Source: a bacterium
Lineage (GTDB): Bacteria; Zhuqueibacterota; QNDG01; DTFT01
Direction of reading: 5' to 3'
Assembly (NCBI GenBank): GCA_016933415.1
Contig: JAFGAX010000140.1
Span: forward strand, 1-58,403
Length of the DNA stretch: 58,403 nucleotides
The position numbers were made by a program, and so were the translations under genes. Of the stretch, positions 35,560-45,889 are shown piece after piece (the stretch's first letter is position 1; every line of letters begins with the position of its first letter). The notes beneath the pieces are model-generated. The model had not been told where the DNA came from. It ran no database searches and saw only the letters and a program-made list of their open reading frames with translations.

Positions 35560-38500
35560 TCATCGGACCAACAGCATTTTTCTGGAGGATGTCGATTCCC
35601 GGGTTTTGACCCGCGAAACGTAAAGACCGCTGGGAACGGGCCGGCCGGCGTCATCGCAGCCGTCCCAGACAGCCGTGTGATCCCCCGTTTTCTGGACCGC
35701 GTCGACCAGAATGCGTATTCTCTGACCGAGCGCGTTGAAAACCGACACTTCGACGGCTCCGTTCTTCGGCAGACGGTAGCGAATCGTGGTCTCCGGATTG
35801 AACGGATTCGGATAATTCTGGAAGACATGGAAAACGACCGGTTCCAGGGGGATGCCCTCGCTCTCGGCCCGGATAAACGCATCGGAACCCGCCACCAGCT
35901 TGAACAGCCGGACATCCGGAGCCTTGCCGCTCGTGTACGTTTTCACCCCGAGTTCGGTCATGTTGACGGAGGTGCCTTCGGCGAGGTCGAACAGGAAAGC
36001 TTTCCATCCCTCCGGCATGGACGAAAGCCATTTCCAGGTCAGCGTCACCGGCTCTTCCGGATTCCGGGTTTCGACGAACAGGCTCCAGACATGGCCCTCC
36101 GCACCGCTGTTCCGGATATCGGCCGCATAGGAGCCGGCATGGCGTCCCCAATCGCCGTGATCGAATCCGGCCGATATCCTCGGCTCAACCGGAGGCGGAT
36201 CGGGCCGGTCCCATAGGTCCCACCCGTCGCGGGCGTTTTTCCTGACGCCGGCATACTGGAAGCCGTCCTTCTGCCGCTTCCCGGCCGCAGAGAGCTGCAG
36301 CAACCATTCCCCGCTGCCGAGCGATTCCGCAAGCCCGGACCGTTTCGTGCCCGTCTTGCCGAAGCCGCGCGATTTCGGGGGAATGAACAGGGCGTGCGAC
36401 ACGGTGTCCGCATTGTAGATCCAGTAGCCCTTCCAGGGATCCAGGGTCTGCCAGTCCGATCCGTATCCCTCCTCCGGATTGTAGTAATAGAGTGTTCCGA
36501 TGGAATCCGAAGAGAGCGAGCAATCCTGCCATCGGACGGTGAAATTGAAGGGATTGCCGATCATGTTCCACCCCGGTTCCACGGCCACCCGGAAAACGGT
36601 GTCGAGGGAGACGGTGCGCGCACTCCCGAGATCGAAGGCCTTCTCGGTCGAGGAGACGAGCCAGTATGCGCGGGACGGTGCAAAATCGAAATACAACCGC
36701 GTCGTATCCGTGGCGTTGTAGGTGATGTACCGCTGGCGGAGCCGGTGCCACCAGAAAAGCCGCCACTGGAAGGGATCATAGGATCCGAAATCGTCCCTGT
36801 CCTCAAGCACGCTCCTCACCGTGGCGGTGTCGAGCTTCATGGGAACCGAGAACATCTGGAATTCCCGGGCGCGGAAGGTGATGCCGGATTTGAGGCCCAC
36901 GGTGCGTACGCTCCGGGACATCGGGTTCTGCTCCGGGTCGATTCCGGGCACGGTGAGGTCGCCCTTGTCGGTCCGGACTTCGAGCCAGTACTCGAACCCG
37001 CGTTCGGTCACCTGTTCTGCGGGGATGACGGTCTTGTACACCGAATTCGTCTGGCGTTCCGTCTGAACCGACCGGTAGCCGGTCTGTCCGCCCTGCCGGT
37101 AGTACAGAATCACCTGCTGGGCCTGAAGCACGGACGGAACGGCGAAAACCATGGTCATCATCGATCCGGCGGCCGGCGGGTCCGGGGTGACGGACTGAAC
37201 GCGTATGCCGTAGTCGATGACCTGGAATTCCCAGGACTCCCGGACGATGTCGGAAATCCGGACTTCGTCGATGGCGCCCTTGAAGTGTCCCGTGAACGAC
37301 ACGGAGTCATTCTGGGCCGCGCCGATGACCAGCGGAAGGAATTCCTGCCGCGGTGTGTAGGGAATCATGGGCCTTTCCCATACCTGCAGGGTGTCGACGA
37401 ACAGACGGCCCCGCTTGAGCAGATGATTGTAGGAGAAGGCCGCAAAATGCCAGGCCGCGTCGTTGACACGGGGGCCGCCCGGTCCGAAGTGTTCGATGGA
37501 AAGACGCCCCTCCGAATCGATGTCCATGCCGAAATTCCGTGAGCGGCGGCCGTCCGTGACCCCGAGGGAGAGCAGGGTCTGCGACAGCGTGTCCGTCTTG
37601 AAGTAGCATTCCAGCGTGAAACTCCGCCTGTCGTAGTCCATGATCAGGGCGGAATCGGCCGGGACGAGAATGCGGTCCCCGTCTCCGTCGAGCCAGATGG
37701 CGCGGCCGAAAAATCCGTCCGAGGCCCAGATCGCGTCGTTCTGCAGAATCCCGTGGCGGCCGTTTCCGGAGGCGTCCTCCGCGGTGTCGCTCTGCGCGGA
37801 ATTCAGGTGATACAAAGCGATCGTATGCGCGTCCGCGGCGTATTCCTTCCGTCCGGTGAATTCAGCGCCCCGGCCCTCGAGCGCGATGTTCACGGCGGGT
37901 GTTTCCGGATCGTTGCTTGCGACCGTAAGCATGGCCGTCTGCGTCACGTTGATCGTGTCCGGGCTGTACGTGACCGTCACCATCCGGGTCTGCAGGCGCC
38001 TCAGCGTGAAAGTGCGGACCGAATCGGGAATCGAGAACTGGGCGGTCATCCCCGAGATCGAGGTGACGACCAGATCCTGGTCGCCCGCGTTCCTCACCCA
38101 GAACGGAAAGGCGCGTTTTTCCGTTTTCAGCACGGAAGCGAAATTCAACGATACGGGAGCGGCCTCGATGGTCGGAGGCACCACATGGAATTCCCAGGCG
38201 GCCCGCGCGATCCTTGATATACGCACCTCGTCCAGCATGCCGGTGAAGGGATTCTCCCTGTTCAGGCCGGATCCGAGCCGCAGAACCGACGCCCGGGCCT
38301 GACGCAGCGGCCCGGCGAACGCCTTGCGGTCCCGGAGACCGTTGTTCAGATACAGTTTCAGCGTGTCGGATTCGAAGGTCACCGCCGCATGCATCCACTG
38401 GTTGCGCGGCGTGGCTGCGAGGCTCCCCGTTTTCAGGAGGGCGGCACCGCCCTGTCCGTTCCAGAACCGGGCGGTCAGACCTTCGGACGCGGCGTTGACG

Positions 38501-41500
38501 AGCGAAATTTCGACCGTCGCCGTGTCGCCGTTCCCCTGCTTGAGCAGAATGGAGGAGGTCCCCGGGAGCGTCTGGATGTTGAACCAGAATTCCAGGGTGA
38601 ACGCATCGTCCGGAACCGCCAGCCGGCCCGCGGTTGGAATGCGGACGGATCCGTTCGCGAAGCGCAGAGCCCGGCCGAAGCGGCCCGAATCCGTTCGCGT
38701 CACGCCCGTCTCGAGTGTGCCCTGAAGGCCCACTGCGGAGGAATCCCAGAGAGTCCTGGCGGTGTCGGCCGCCTCATCCATGTGGAAAAGGCCGAGGGTG
38801 AATGCATCCGCTGTGTACGGCGCAAACGACCGCTCCGCCAGGCCCGTTCCCGTCAGGGGAACCGCCCGGTTGGGCCAGAACGGGTCGTTGCTCCGGAAGG
38901 TGAGCTGTGCGGTCACCGCGCCCGTGGCCTGCGGATCGTATGTGACGTGAATCCTCCGGCTGGCGCCGGACGGAACCGTGAAATGCGTGGTATCCACCGA
39001 GAAGACCGAGGGAAGCGAGGAAACGATGTCCGTCACGACCAGATTGTCGATGCCCGTGTTCCCCACGGTCATCGCCAGGGTCCTTTCCCTGCCCAGCAGA
39101 ACGCTCTCGAAGGCCAGCGCCTCCGGGGAAAGGCCGATCCTCGCCAGGTTCACGTTATACTCCCACGGCTGACGCGCCGTCGAGGACAGCCGGATCTCGT
39201 CCAGCACGCCGTAGAAGGGCGTGCTCCGGTTCCAGCTCGATCCGATCAGCACGGACATCGTATCGGTTCCGGCGGGGCTGCCGCCGGCCGCGAGTGTTCC
39301 CGTAAAGGCGCGGACCGCGACGGCATTGCCGTTGACGTAGAGCCGGACGCTGTCGCCTTCAAATACTGCAGCCGCATGATACCACTGCCGTATCTTGAGC
39401 GCGCCCATGGAGGCGCTGGTCACGGAGAATGCCTGCTGCTGGGAGTTGAAAAACTGCCCCACCAGCGCGGCCGTGCTGTCGACGTAGAGATGGAACTGGG
39501 ACGAGGCGCCGGAGGCGCGCCGCATCAGAGTGCCCCTGCCGAGCGGGAGGCCCTGCAGATAGAACCACGCTTCGGCGGTGAGCCCACCCCAGGTCGGTTC
39601 GATTTTCACGCCGCCGGGCGGCCGTGCGGAAACCAGTCCGCTCTGTCCGTCGAAACGGAGCGCCGAACCCGGATCGAATTTACGCGTCTCCGTTTCGCGG
39701 GTCACGGATCCGGACAGAGTGCCGTTCATGCCGTTGCCGGAGGAATCGCGCGCGGTCAGGCCGGAGGATTCGTCGAGATGCCAGAGCCCCAGCGTCAGCG
39801 GATCAGCCGCATAGGGCCCGGCGGGAAGCGAGTTGATGCCGTTTCCCCGGAGCGGCACGGCCAGGACCGGATAGGTGGGGTCATTGCTCCGGATCTGAAG
39901 CAGACTCCCCTGCGTCAGCACCTCCACTCCGACCGGCGAGAAGGAGACATCGAGCGTGTCCGTCTGTCCGACGAACAGGGTGAACGGGCCGGACGGATCC
40001 ACCGTGATATGCGCATTGCCGGTCGTCACGGACTGAACCACCAGCGGCTGGCTGCCGAGATTGGAGAGGGCCAGGGGTACGGTGCGGGTCTGATTTGCCA
40101 GGACGTTTCCGAATTGGACGATGGACTGGGAGACCGCGATGCGCGAGCGCGTGACATGGTATTCCCAGGATTCGCGGGCAATGTTGGAAAGCCGGACTTC
40201 GTCCATGCGCCCCCGGAACACGGCGGTTCCGTACTGGTTGGCGCCGATGGCCAGCGGTTCGGTGGCCACGAATTTCAGCTTGTTCCGGACCTGCAGTCCG
40301 GCCTTCAGAACGCCGTTCAGGTACAGTTTCAGGGAATCTCCGTCCCAGGTCAGGGCCGCGTGATACCACTGGTTGACATTGAACAGGTCGATGGATCCGG
40401 AGGTCAGGGTGCGCGCGCCGGAGGCGTCCCAGACGCGTCCGATCAGCCCCACATCACCCGATCCCAGGGCCAGTTCAAACTGGGCATGGGAGTCGCTGCC
40501 GTGCCGGATCAGGACATAGTGATCCGCTGGAAGCGCATCCATATTGAACCAGCATTCGGCCGTGAAGGATTTCTCGCTGAAATTGAACAACGGATTCTGC
40601 GGAACGAGGATCCGGTCGGTTTCGGAGTCGAAACCGATCTGGCGGCCGTAACCGGAACGCTCGGAGTTTTCGCGGAACGGCGTGCCTGCCAGCTGGCCGT
40701 GCAGGCTGTTGCCCGAGGCGTCCGCGGCCGTGAGAACGCCGTCGCCCTCGTCGAAATGCCAGAGTCCCACCGTGAAATCGTCCGGTGTATAGGGGCCTTC
40801 GGTCACCAGGGCGGTGACCTCGGCCTGCAGGTTGATGTAGGCCGTCGGATTGGACGGATCGTTGGTGCTGATCTCGATGCGGTCGTCCTGACGGAACGGC
40901 CAGGTGTCATAGGACGGTGCAAAACGGATGACGAGCCGGAAGGTATCACCCGCCGCGATATCAAAACGCGTGGCGGAAAACGAATAGGTCGTGCGTTTGC
41001 TCTGGATGTTCGTCACCTTCAGGATGGATGTGCCGGTGTTCCGGATCAGGGCGGTGAGCGAACGGGAATAGTCCGGCGGGACGAGCCCGAAATTCAAAGT
41101 CGGGGGCGTGATGGTGATGGCCGGGCTGATGCGGCTTCGGAACAGCCAGAAACCGTAACGGCCGTCGGCCATGACGGCCTTTCCGTCCGAGTCGGAGACG
41201 CCGAGTCCCAGCGCCTCCCCCGTTGTCCGGTAATAGCCGACTTCCTTGATTTCCCCCGCGGTGGATGCGTCATAGATGCGGAATCCGTTGACCGCGTCGC
41301 TGACGTACAGCGTCTTCTCCCGGACCGTGATGCCGGTGGCCGTGCCGGCGATATCCTGCAGGAGGACGGCGTCGTTCGAAGTTTTCCAGAGAAGGAGGCC
41401 GTGCCTGCCGTTCGCGACGAATACCGTGTCGCCGATGACGTCCAATGCGCGGGCGTCCATGGGCATCGTGGCGCCCGCCGTCAGGGAGTCGGTCAGGGAA

Positions 41501-43143
41501 ACGCCGGTCAGGCTTCCGCCCGACTGGGTCAGCGCGTAGACATACACGGCGCCTGGAGTCGCGACGTAGGCCTTTGAACCGTGAACCTTCACGTCCAGCG
41601 CCGGACCGGCCGTACGGAGAGGACTCTGGGCCGTTTCGAAAATACTTCCGCTGATGTCCACGATCCGGACGCCGTCCCGGCCCGCGGCCATAAACGCGTA
41701 GGACCCGGAAAGCAGATCGACCCGGTGCACGGTGTCCGTGACGGCCGTGAAACGGCCGGACAGGACCGGGTTCACCGGATCGCTGATGCTGTAGATTCCC
41801 AGCCCCTGCACGCCGTTGGCCACATAGAGCCTGGAACCGAACACCCGGAGTCCCCGGGCCTGGCCGCCGGTGTCGAGCGTGCCCCTCAGGGGCAGACGGT
41901 CTATGTCCGGGTCGGCCGCGGTTCCGGTCGTGTCCACGATCTTGACGCCGGCCCATCCCGCCGCGACATAGGCGTACCGGCCGGACCAGTCCGCGTCCCG
42001 GCAGACGTCTCCGCCGGTCCGGATCGAATCGATCACCGACGGCTGGTAGCTTTCACGGGCATCGACGAACAGGAGACCGTTTTCCCGGTCGGACACGAAT
42101 AGCAGTTCCCCCGCCTTGAAACGCATCAGCGCGCTTCCAATGAACAGTGAATCCGCTTCGGCGGAGACGACGATACGCGTCGTTGTGCCGCGCGTGTCCA
42201 CATTCTGATAGGGCGGGCCCTTGAGATCCCTGGGATTCTGGATGTTGATCGGACAGAAAACGCCCTTGGAACCGCAGGCGAGATAGGCGTACTGGGGGGC
42301 GGGTTTGCCGCCGATGGTTTCCCAGGTGACGTCCAGTCCGAGCACTTCGGTGTAGGGGCTGTTCATCCACACGCCCATCTGGGTCATCAGGCGCGGATTC
42401 CGGATGTCCACCGTACGCAGGCTCCCGTACCCGGTCGCGACGTAGGCGACGGTGTCGATGACGGTGACCTGCACCGCGCGGGGAACCGGGACCTGGAATC
42501 CCGGATAAACCGTATTGAAAGCCAGACGGTCATAGACCGCCGGAGCCGTGGGATCAGTGACGTTCACGGAATAGAGCCCGGCCGAATCGGCGGCCACCAG
42601 CACCATGGTGTTGTCGACCGCCGGCGTATTCGCGACCACCCACACGCCCCGGGCGGCGCCGGCGGTGGCCAGCGTGCTCCGAAGCGCGGGCTGAGCGGGA
42701 TCGGACACGTCGACTACGGCCAGGCCGCCGGGCCCGTCCGCGATATAGGCCGTGTTCCCGTACTGCATCACGCCGTCAGCGGAGCCCGGCGTGTCGAGGA
42801 TTCCCACGACATCCCCGAAACGGCCGTCCACGGGGTCAAACGAGACCACCCGGAGCCCGGTGCCGCCGCATGCGATGTACACATGGCTGAGCGTATTCTT
42901 CGCCCACACGCCCTTGACGAGCCCGGGCATCAGAATGCTGTCGGACTTCGTGTATTCGCCGTGCTTGTTCTGATACACCTCAAGCATCGGGCCGCTGCTG
43001 ACGAACAGGAATCCCGCCCGTCGGTGGATGACTTCACACTGTCCGAGCGCCCATCGCCCGAGACGGCTGACGTTGGCCGCGGGCTGAGCGGCCGCCCATC
43101 CGATCGATCCGAACAGACATCCGAGAACGATCCATTTTCGCAT
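35560..43143 (-). CDS. Giant secreted protein A (2527 aa): LVIVD beta-propeller repeats + 4x(ASH/Ig + LamG) + unassigned domain + FlgD-Ig/T9SS-A-like CTD
   Basis: Signal MRKWIVLGCLFGSIGWAAA; LVIVD-type repeats (AYIADGPGGLAVVDVSDP); NFG...IRNTG Ig units; LWHFDE...DEVRLS LamG units; QNYPNPFNP CTD; start at 43143 after AGGAG. Confidence 0.88.
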   Translation of the reverse strand: MRKWIVLGCLFGSIGWAAAQPAANVSRLGRWALGQCEVIHRRAGFLFVSSGPMLEVYQNKHGEYTKSDSILMPGLVKGVWAKNTLSHVYIACGGTGLRVVSFDPVDGRFGDVVGILDTPGSADGVMQYGNTAYIADGPGGLAVVDVSDPAQPALRSTLATAGAARGVWVVANTPAVDNTMVLVAADSAGLYSVNVTDPTAPAVYDRLAFNTVYPGFQVPVPRAVQVTVIDTVAYVATGYGSLRTVDIRNPRLMTQMGVWMNSPYTEVLGLDVTWETIGGKPAPQYAYLACGSKGVFCPINIQNPRDLKGPPYQNVDTRGTTTRIVVSAEADSLFIGSALMRFKAGELLFVSDRENGLLFVDARESYQPSVIDSIRTGGDVCRDADWSGRYAYVAAGWAGVKIVDTTGTAADPDIDRLPLRGTLDTGGQARGLRVFGSRLYVANGVQGLGIYSISDPVNPVLSGRFTAVTDTVHRVDLLSGSYAFMAAGRDGVRIVDISGSIFETAQSPLRTAGPALDVKVHGSKAYVATPGAVYVYALTQSGGSLTGVSLTDSLTAGATMPMDARALDVIGDTVFVANGRHGLLLWKTSNDAVLLQDIAGTATGITVREKTLYVSDAVNGFRIYDASTAGEIKEVGYYRTTGEALGLGVSDSDGKAVMADGRYGFWLFRSRISPAITITPPTLNFGLVPPDYSRSLTALIRNTGTSILKVTNIQSKRTTYSFSATRFDIAAGDTFRLVIRFAPSYDTWPFRQDDRIEISTNDPSNPTAYINLQAEVTALVTEGPYTPDDFTVGLWHFDEGDGVLTAADASGNSLHGQLAGTPFRENSERSGYGRQIGFDSETDRILVPQNPLFNFSEKSFTAECWFNMDALPADHYVLIRHGSDSHAQFELALGSGDVGLIGRVWDASGARTLTSGSIDLFNVNQWYHAALTWDGDSLKLYLNGVLKAGLQVRNKLKFVATEPLAIGANQYGTAVFRGRMDEVRLSNIARESWEYHVTRSRIAVSQSIVQFGNVLANQTRTVPLALSNLGSQPLVVQSVTTGNAHITVDPSGPFTLFVGQTDTLDVSFSPVGVEVLTQGSLLQIRSNDPTYPVLAVPLRGNGINSLPAGPYAADPLTLGLWHLDESSGLTARDSSGNGMNGTLSGSVTRETETRKFDPGSALRFDGQSGLVSARPPGGVKIEPTWGGLTAEAWFYLQGLPLGRGTLMRRASGASSQFHLYVDSTAALVGQFFNSQQQAFSVTSASMGALKIRQWYHAAAVFEGDSVRLYVNGNAVAVRAFTGTLAAGGSPAGTDTMSVLIGSSWNRSTPFYGVLDEIRLSSTARQPWEYNVNLARIGLSPEALAFESVLLGRERTLAMTVGNTGIDNLVVTDIVSSLPSVFSVDTTHFTVPSGASRRIHVTYDPQATGAVTAQLTFRSNDPFWPNRAVPLTGTGLAERSFAPYTADAFTLGLFHMDEAADTARTLWDSSAVGLQGTLETGVTRTDSGRFGRALRFANGSVRIPTAGRLAVPDDAFTLEFWFNIQTLPGTSSILLKQGNGDTATVEISLVNAASEGLTARFWNGQGGAALLKTGSLAATPRNQWMHAAVTFESDTLKLYLNNGLRDRKAFAGPLRQARASVLRLGSGLNRENPFTGMLDEVRISRIARAAWEFHVVPPTIEAAPVSLNFASVLKTEKRAFPFWVRNAGDQDLVVTSISGMTAQFSIPDSVRTFTLRRLQTRMVTVTYSPDTINVTQTAMLTVASNDPETPAVNIALEGRGAEFTGRKEYAADAHTIALYHLNSAQSDTAEDASGNGRHGILQNDAIWASDGFFGRAIWLDGDGDRILVPADSALIMDYDRRSFTLECYFKTDTLSQTLLSLGVTDGRRSRNFGMDIDSEGRLSIEHFGPGGPRVNDAAWHFAAFSYNHLLKRGRLFVDTLQVWERPMIPYTPRQEFLPLVIGAAQNDSVSFTGHFKGAIDEVRISDIVRESWEFQVIDYGIRVQSVTPDPPAAGSMMTMVFAVPSVLQAQQVILYYRQGGQTGYRSVQTERQTNSVYKTVIPAEQVTERGFEYWLEVRTDKGDLTVPGIDPEQNPMSRSVRTVGLKSGITFRAREFQMFSVPMKLDTATVRSVLEDRDDFGSYDPFQWRLFWWHRLRQRYITYNATDTTRLYFDFAPSRAYWLVSSTEKAFDLGSARTVSLDTVFRVAVEPGWNMIGNPFNFTVRWQDCSLSSDSIGTLYYYNPEEGYGSDWQTLDPWKGYWIYNADTVSHALFIPPKSRGFGKTGTKRSGLAESLGSGEWLLQLSAAGKRQKDGFQYAGVRKNARDGWDLWDRPDPPPVEPRISAGFDHGDWGRHAGSYAADIRNSGAEGHVWSLFVETRNPEEPVTLTWKWLSSMPEGWKAFLFDLAEGTSVNMTELGVKTYTSGKAPDVRLFKLVAGSDAFIRAESEGIPLEPVVFHVFQNYPNPFNPETTIRYRLPKNGAVEVSVFNALGQRIRILVDAVQKTGDHTAVWDGCDDAGRPVPSGLYVSRVKTRESTSSRKMLLVR

Positions 43144-43293
43144 CGTGCAGTTTCTCCTCGAGTCCCGTTGCGTGGATCCGCCCCTCCGGTCGCTGAATGG
43201 ATCCGGGACGGATCGGGTGAATCCCAAATGCTTCCAGGGCCGATGCAGCCGGCCGTTTTCAGGCGCGGCCGTCTAGCCCGCAGCCGTGCCCCC

Positions 43294-44667
43294 CTACCGG
43301 CCGGGAGGCGGAACCGGGGGCTCCCCCAGCCGCAGCGGGAGGACGGACGCCCCGGACAAACCCGCTTCCTGGAAGGATTTTCTTGAATCGGCGCCCGGCA
43401 GGAAACCGGCGTTCTGCCTCAGGCTCATCCATTGAAGACGGCCGGTCGTGGAAAAAAGTTCGGGTTGATTGTCCGCCGACAGACGCGCACGCGCGCCCCG
43501 CCGTGTCAGAAAAGCGACGTCCCGGTCCACCCGGCGCAGGTTCTGGGCGTGCGTCGCATCCCAGAGCTCCCGGACGATGAGCCAGTCCCGGGCCATGCGG
43601 AAATCGGGATCCTCCCGAACCGCCTGACGAAAATGCGCATAAGCGGTCCGGTAGTCGTCCGAGTCCTGGGCGTCCAGACCGCGGCAGTAATGCAGGAAGG
43701 CGGACACGTTCTCCGTGGGAATCTCCAGCACGGCTTCCTTCTGCCGGGTGGTCAGCGTGATGCCGAAATAATCCACGATCCTCAGGACCATCTGCTTCTC
43801 CATCTGAAACATGGTGGAAAGGTTTCCGTCTTCGCTGAAAGTCGTGGGCTGGTCCGCCTTCTGAAAGGGATGGATCCCCGCGTCCAGTGTCATCTTCAAG
43901 TCCGGCATGACCAGAAAGGATCCCTTGACCAGATACCGGGCGCCGGCGAGCATGCCCGCCCGCCTGGCGGCCGCCGAATCTCCGAGACTCGACGCGTTGA
44001 GGCCGAGCTCGTAGAGAATCTGATCGAGCTTCGTCCGTTCCACGACCGTCAGCCCCTCCACGCCTGACAGATCGCGTGTCACCATGTCCGCGAGCCCCTT
44101 CTGAAGAGGCTCCCACTCCCGGTTGTCCCCGAGGTTGAGAAAGGTGAGAACCGCCACGCTGCGTTCCGGAGTCGAGGAAGCGTCCAGCCGTCCTTCGTCT
44201 TTCAGCGCCGTCTCGATATCGTGCATGATCTTGCGCTTGGCCAGAAAGTCAAACCGGCCGGCCAGCGCCTGACGAAACGGATCGCCCGGGTCGACTTTCG
44301 TGTACTCGCGGTACATGGCGATGGCGTTGGCCTCGTCTCCGAGACTCTCGTAGGTCAGGCCCATGTAGAAATAGGCCTTTCCGTAATCCGGATCCTTCTC
44401 CGTGACCAGCCGGAGAATCTTCAGCGCCGTTTCGTACCGTTCCATGTGCCAGTACGTCACGCCCAGACCCGTGACCGCCTCGCGCTCGTAGTAGATGAAC
44501 CGCTTTCCGTCCCGCGCGTGCGGTTCCAGTCCCCTCAGATAGGACCGCAGCGCCTGGACATATTCCCCGCGCTTCAACTGGCCTTCGGCCAGCCCGTGCC
44601 GGGAAGCGGCGCAGCCGCTGAACAGAATGAGCGCGCCGAGCGCGGCCAGCATTCTCGCTTTCATCAA
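43294..44667 (-). CDS. TPR + CsgG/TolB-N/FlgO-like lipoprotein (module A)
   Basis: Lipobox LFSG-C; N-terminal TPRs; AVLTFLN...PLQKGLADMVTRDL...VVERTKLDQIL...GARYLVKGSF; further TPR; GFLPG motif and Pro-rich tail. Confidence 0.78.
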   Translation of the reverse strand: MMKARMLAALGALILFSGCAASRHGLAEGQLKRGEYVQALRSYLRGLEPHARDGKRFIYYEREAVTGLGVTYWHMERYETALKILRLVTEKDPDYGKAYFYMGLTYESLGDEANAIAMYREYTKVDPGDPFRQALAGRFDFLAKRKIMHDIETALKDEGRLDASSTPERSVAVLTFLNLGDNREWEPLQKGLADMVTRDLSGVEGLTVVERTKLDQILYELGLNASSLGDSAAARRAGMLAGARYLVKGSFLVMPDLKMTLDAGIHPFQKADQPTTFSEDGNLSTMFQMEKQMVLRIVDYFGITLTTRQKEAVLEIPTENVSAFLHYCRGLDAQDSDDYRTAYAHFRQAVREDPDFRMARDWLIVRELWDATHAQNLRRVDRDVAFLTRRGARARLSADNQPELFSTTGRLQWMSLRQNAGFLPGADSRKSFQEAGLSGASVLPLRLGEPPVPPPGR

Positions 44668-44687
44668 CGGATCCTCCTAAAGCCCGA

Positions 44688-45854
44688 TTACCATCCGTAT
44701 GTCATTCCGGCCAGGAGGTCGAAACTGGCCAGTCCGGTGCGGACCGTTTTTTCCGCTGTCTCGTTCCAGTCCTTCGTCTTGCCCGTGAGCCCGATCAGGT
44801 TCAGGGAAACCGAAAGCCGGGGCGACACCCGCGCGTCCACACCCGCGCCGCCGCCGTACACATCGGCCCCTCCGGTACGGTAATCATTCTGGCCGTAGAA
44901 ACGCCCGGTCGCGAGAAGCGAAAACGCCGCCTGCGGGCCCCACGGGATGCGCCAGGCCGCGTCCAGTTCGGTCTGCGGTCCGTTGGAGTTCTTCTTCTCC
45001 GTCTGCTTCTCGGTCTGCGTTCCGGTGTGGATCCAGTATTCGTTTTTGCCCCGCTGACGCCAGTTGAGCAAGGCGGTCAGAGTGCCGGGCCCCAGTTTTC
45101 CGGTGAAGGAGCTGTTGATCAGCAGTTTTTCACCTGAGGCGTACACGGTTTCATCGTTCAGCTTGTCACTGCCGTAGAAGGTATAGCTGAGGTTCACGGA
45201 CCATTTCGCGGTCGGCGAAACCTGTACGTCCACGCCGCCGAACAGGGCCGCTTCCCCGCCCGCCTGGTAGTCGAAAGAGTCCGCGTCCACCGGCTCGAAG
45301 GAGCCATGGTGGATGTAATGCGCGCCCGCGCCGATCACCACGTTCTCGCCCGCCGGAAACGCGGCTCCTGCGCCGATCTTCGCGGCCAGACCCTGTCCGA
45401 AAACCGGGAGACGGAAACGGAAGATGTTCTGGCCGATGATGCGGGACAGATCGAACTCCTCCATTCCCAGCGAATCGGCCGCGATCTTGAGCTTCGTTTT
45501 ACCGGTCGGAAGGCCCAGGCCCGCGTGCAGCATGGTTCGACCGCCCGGGACGCGGTAGGTCCCCCGGATCCAGGTGTCGGACATGCCGCTCAGTTTCAAC
45601 TCATCCCAGGACACCGAACCCGGCGTCCCGGAAATGGTGAGCGACAGGTCCGGCCGGACCGGAAAATAGACCGTGGTCGGCGCGCAGACTTCCTGCAGGC
45701 CCTTGTCCACATCCTCGAACGACCACTGCTGGTACGACAGGCCCGTGGTCACGAATCCGCCCCGCGGGCCGGCCGGCGGCGGGGCCCACTGGGCCGCCGC
45801 CAGCGCCGGCAGAATCAGCAATCCGAAAATCCGCATGGTTCTGTGTCTGATCAT
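44688..45854 (-). CDS. Predicted outer-membrane beta-barrel protein (module B)
   Basis: Signal peptide; SDTWIRG...GLGLPTGKTKL...FRFRLPVFGQGL; ends LAGMTYGW (terminal aromatic, BAM-type signal). Confidence 0.75.
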   Translation of the reverse strand: MIRHRTMRIFGLLILPALAAAQWAPPPAGPRGGFVTTGLSYQQWSFEDVDKGLQEVCAPTTVYFPVRPDLSLTISGTPGSVSWDELKLSGMSDTWIRGTYRVPGGRTMLHAGLGLPTGKTKLKIAADSLGMEEFDLSRIIGQNIFRFRLPVFGQGLAAKIGAGAAFPAGENVVIGAGAHYIHHGSFEPVDADSFDYQAGGEAALFGGVDVQVSPTAKWSVNLSYTFYGSDKLNDETVYASGEKLLINSSFTGKLGPGTLTALLNWRQRGKNEYWIHTGTQTEKQTEKKNSNGPQTELDAAWRIPWGPQAAFSLLATGRFYGQNDYRTGGADVYGGGAGVDARVSPRLSVSLNLIGLTGKTKDWNETAEKTVRTGLASFDLLAGMTYGW

Positions 45855-45889
45855 GGGAATCCCCTTCGAGACAGGGTGACGGCCGTTGG

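Noticed and set aside
38389-41577. 1062-aa plus-strand ORF, and similar long ORFs such as 46007..48091, 50900..52426, 21637..23805, 16751..18334 and 11658..13064
   Set aside because: These are antisense shadows of well-supported genes, expected in high-GC DNA with biased codon use, and carry no recognisable motifs.
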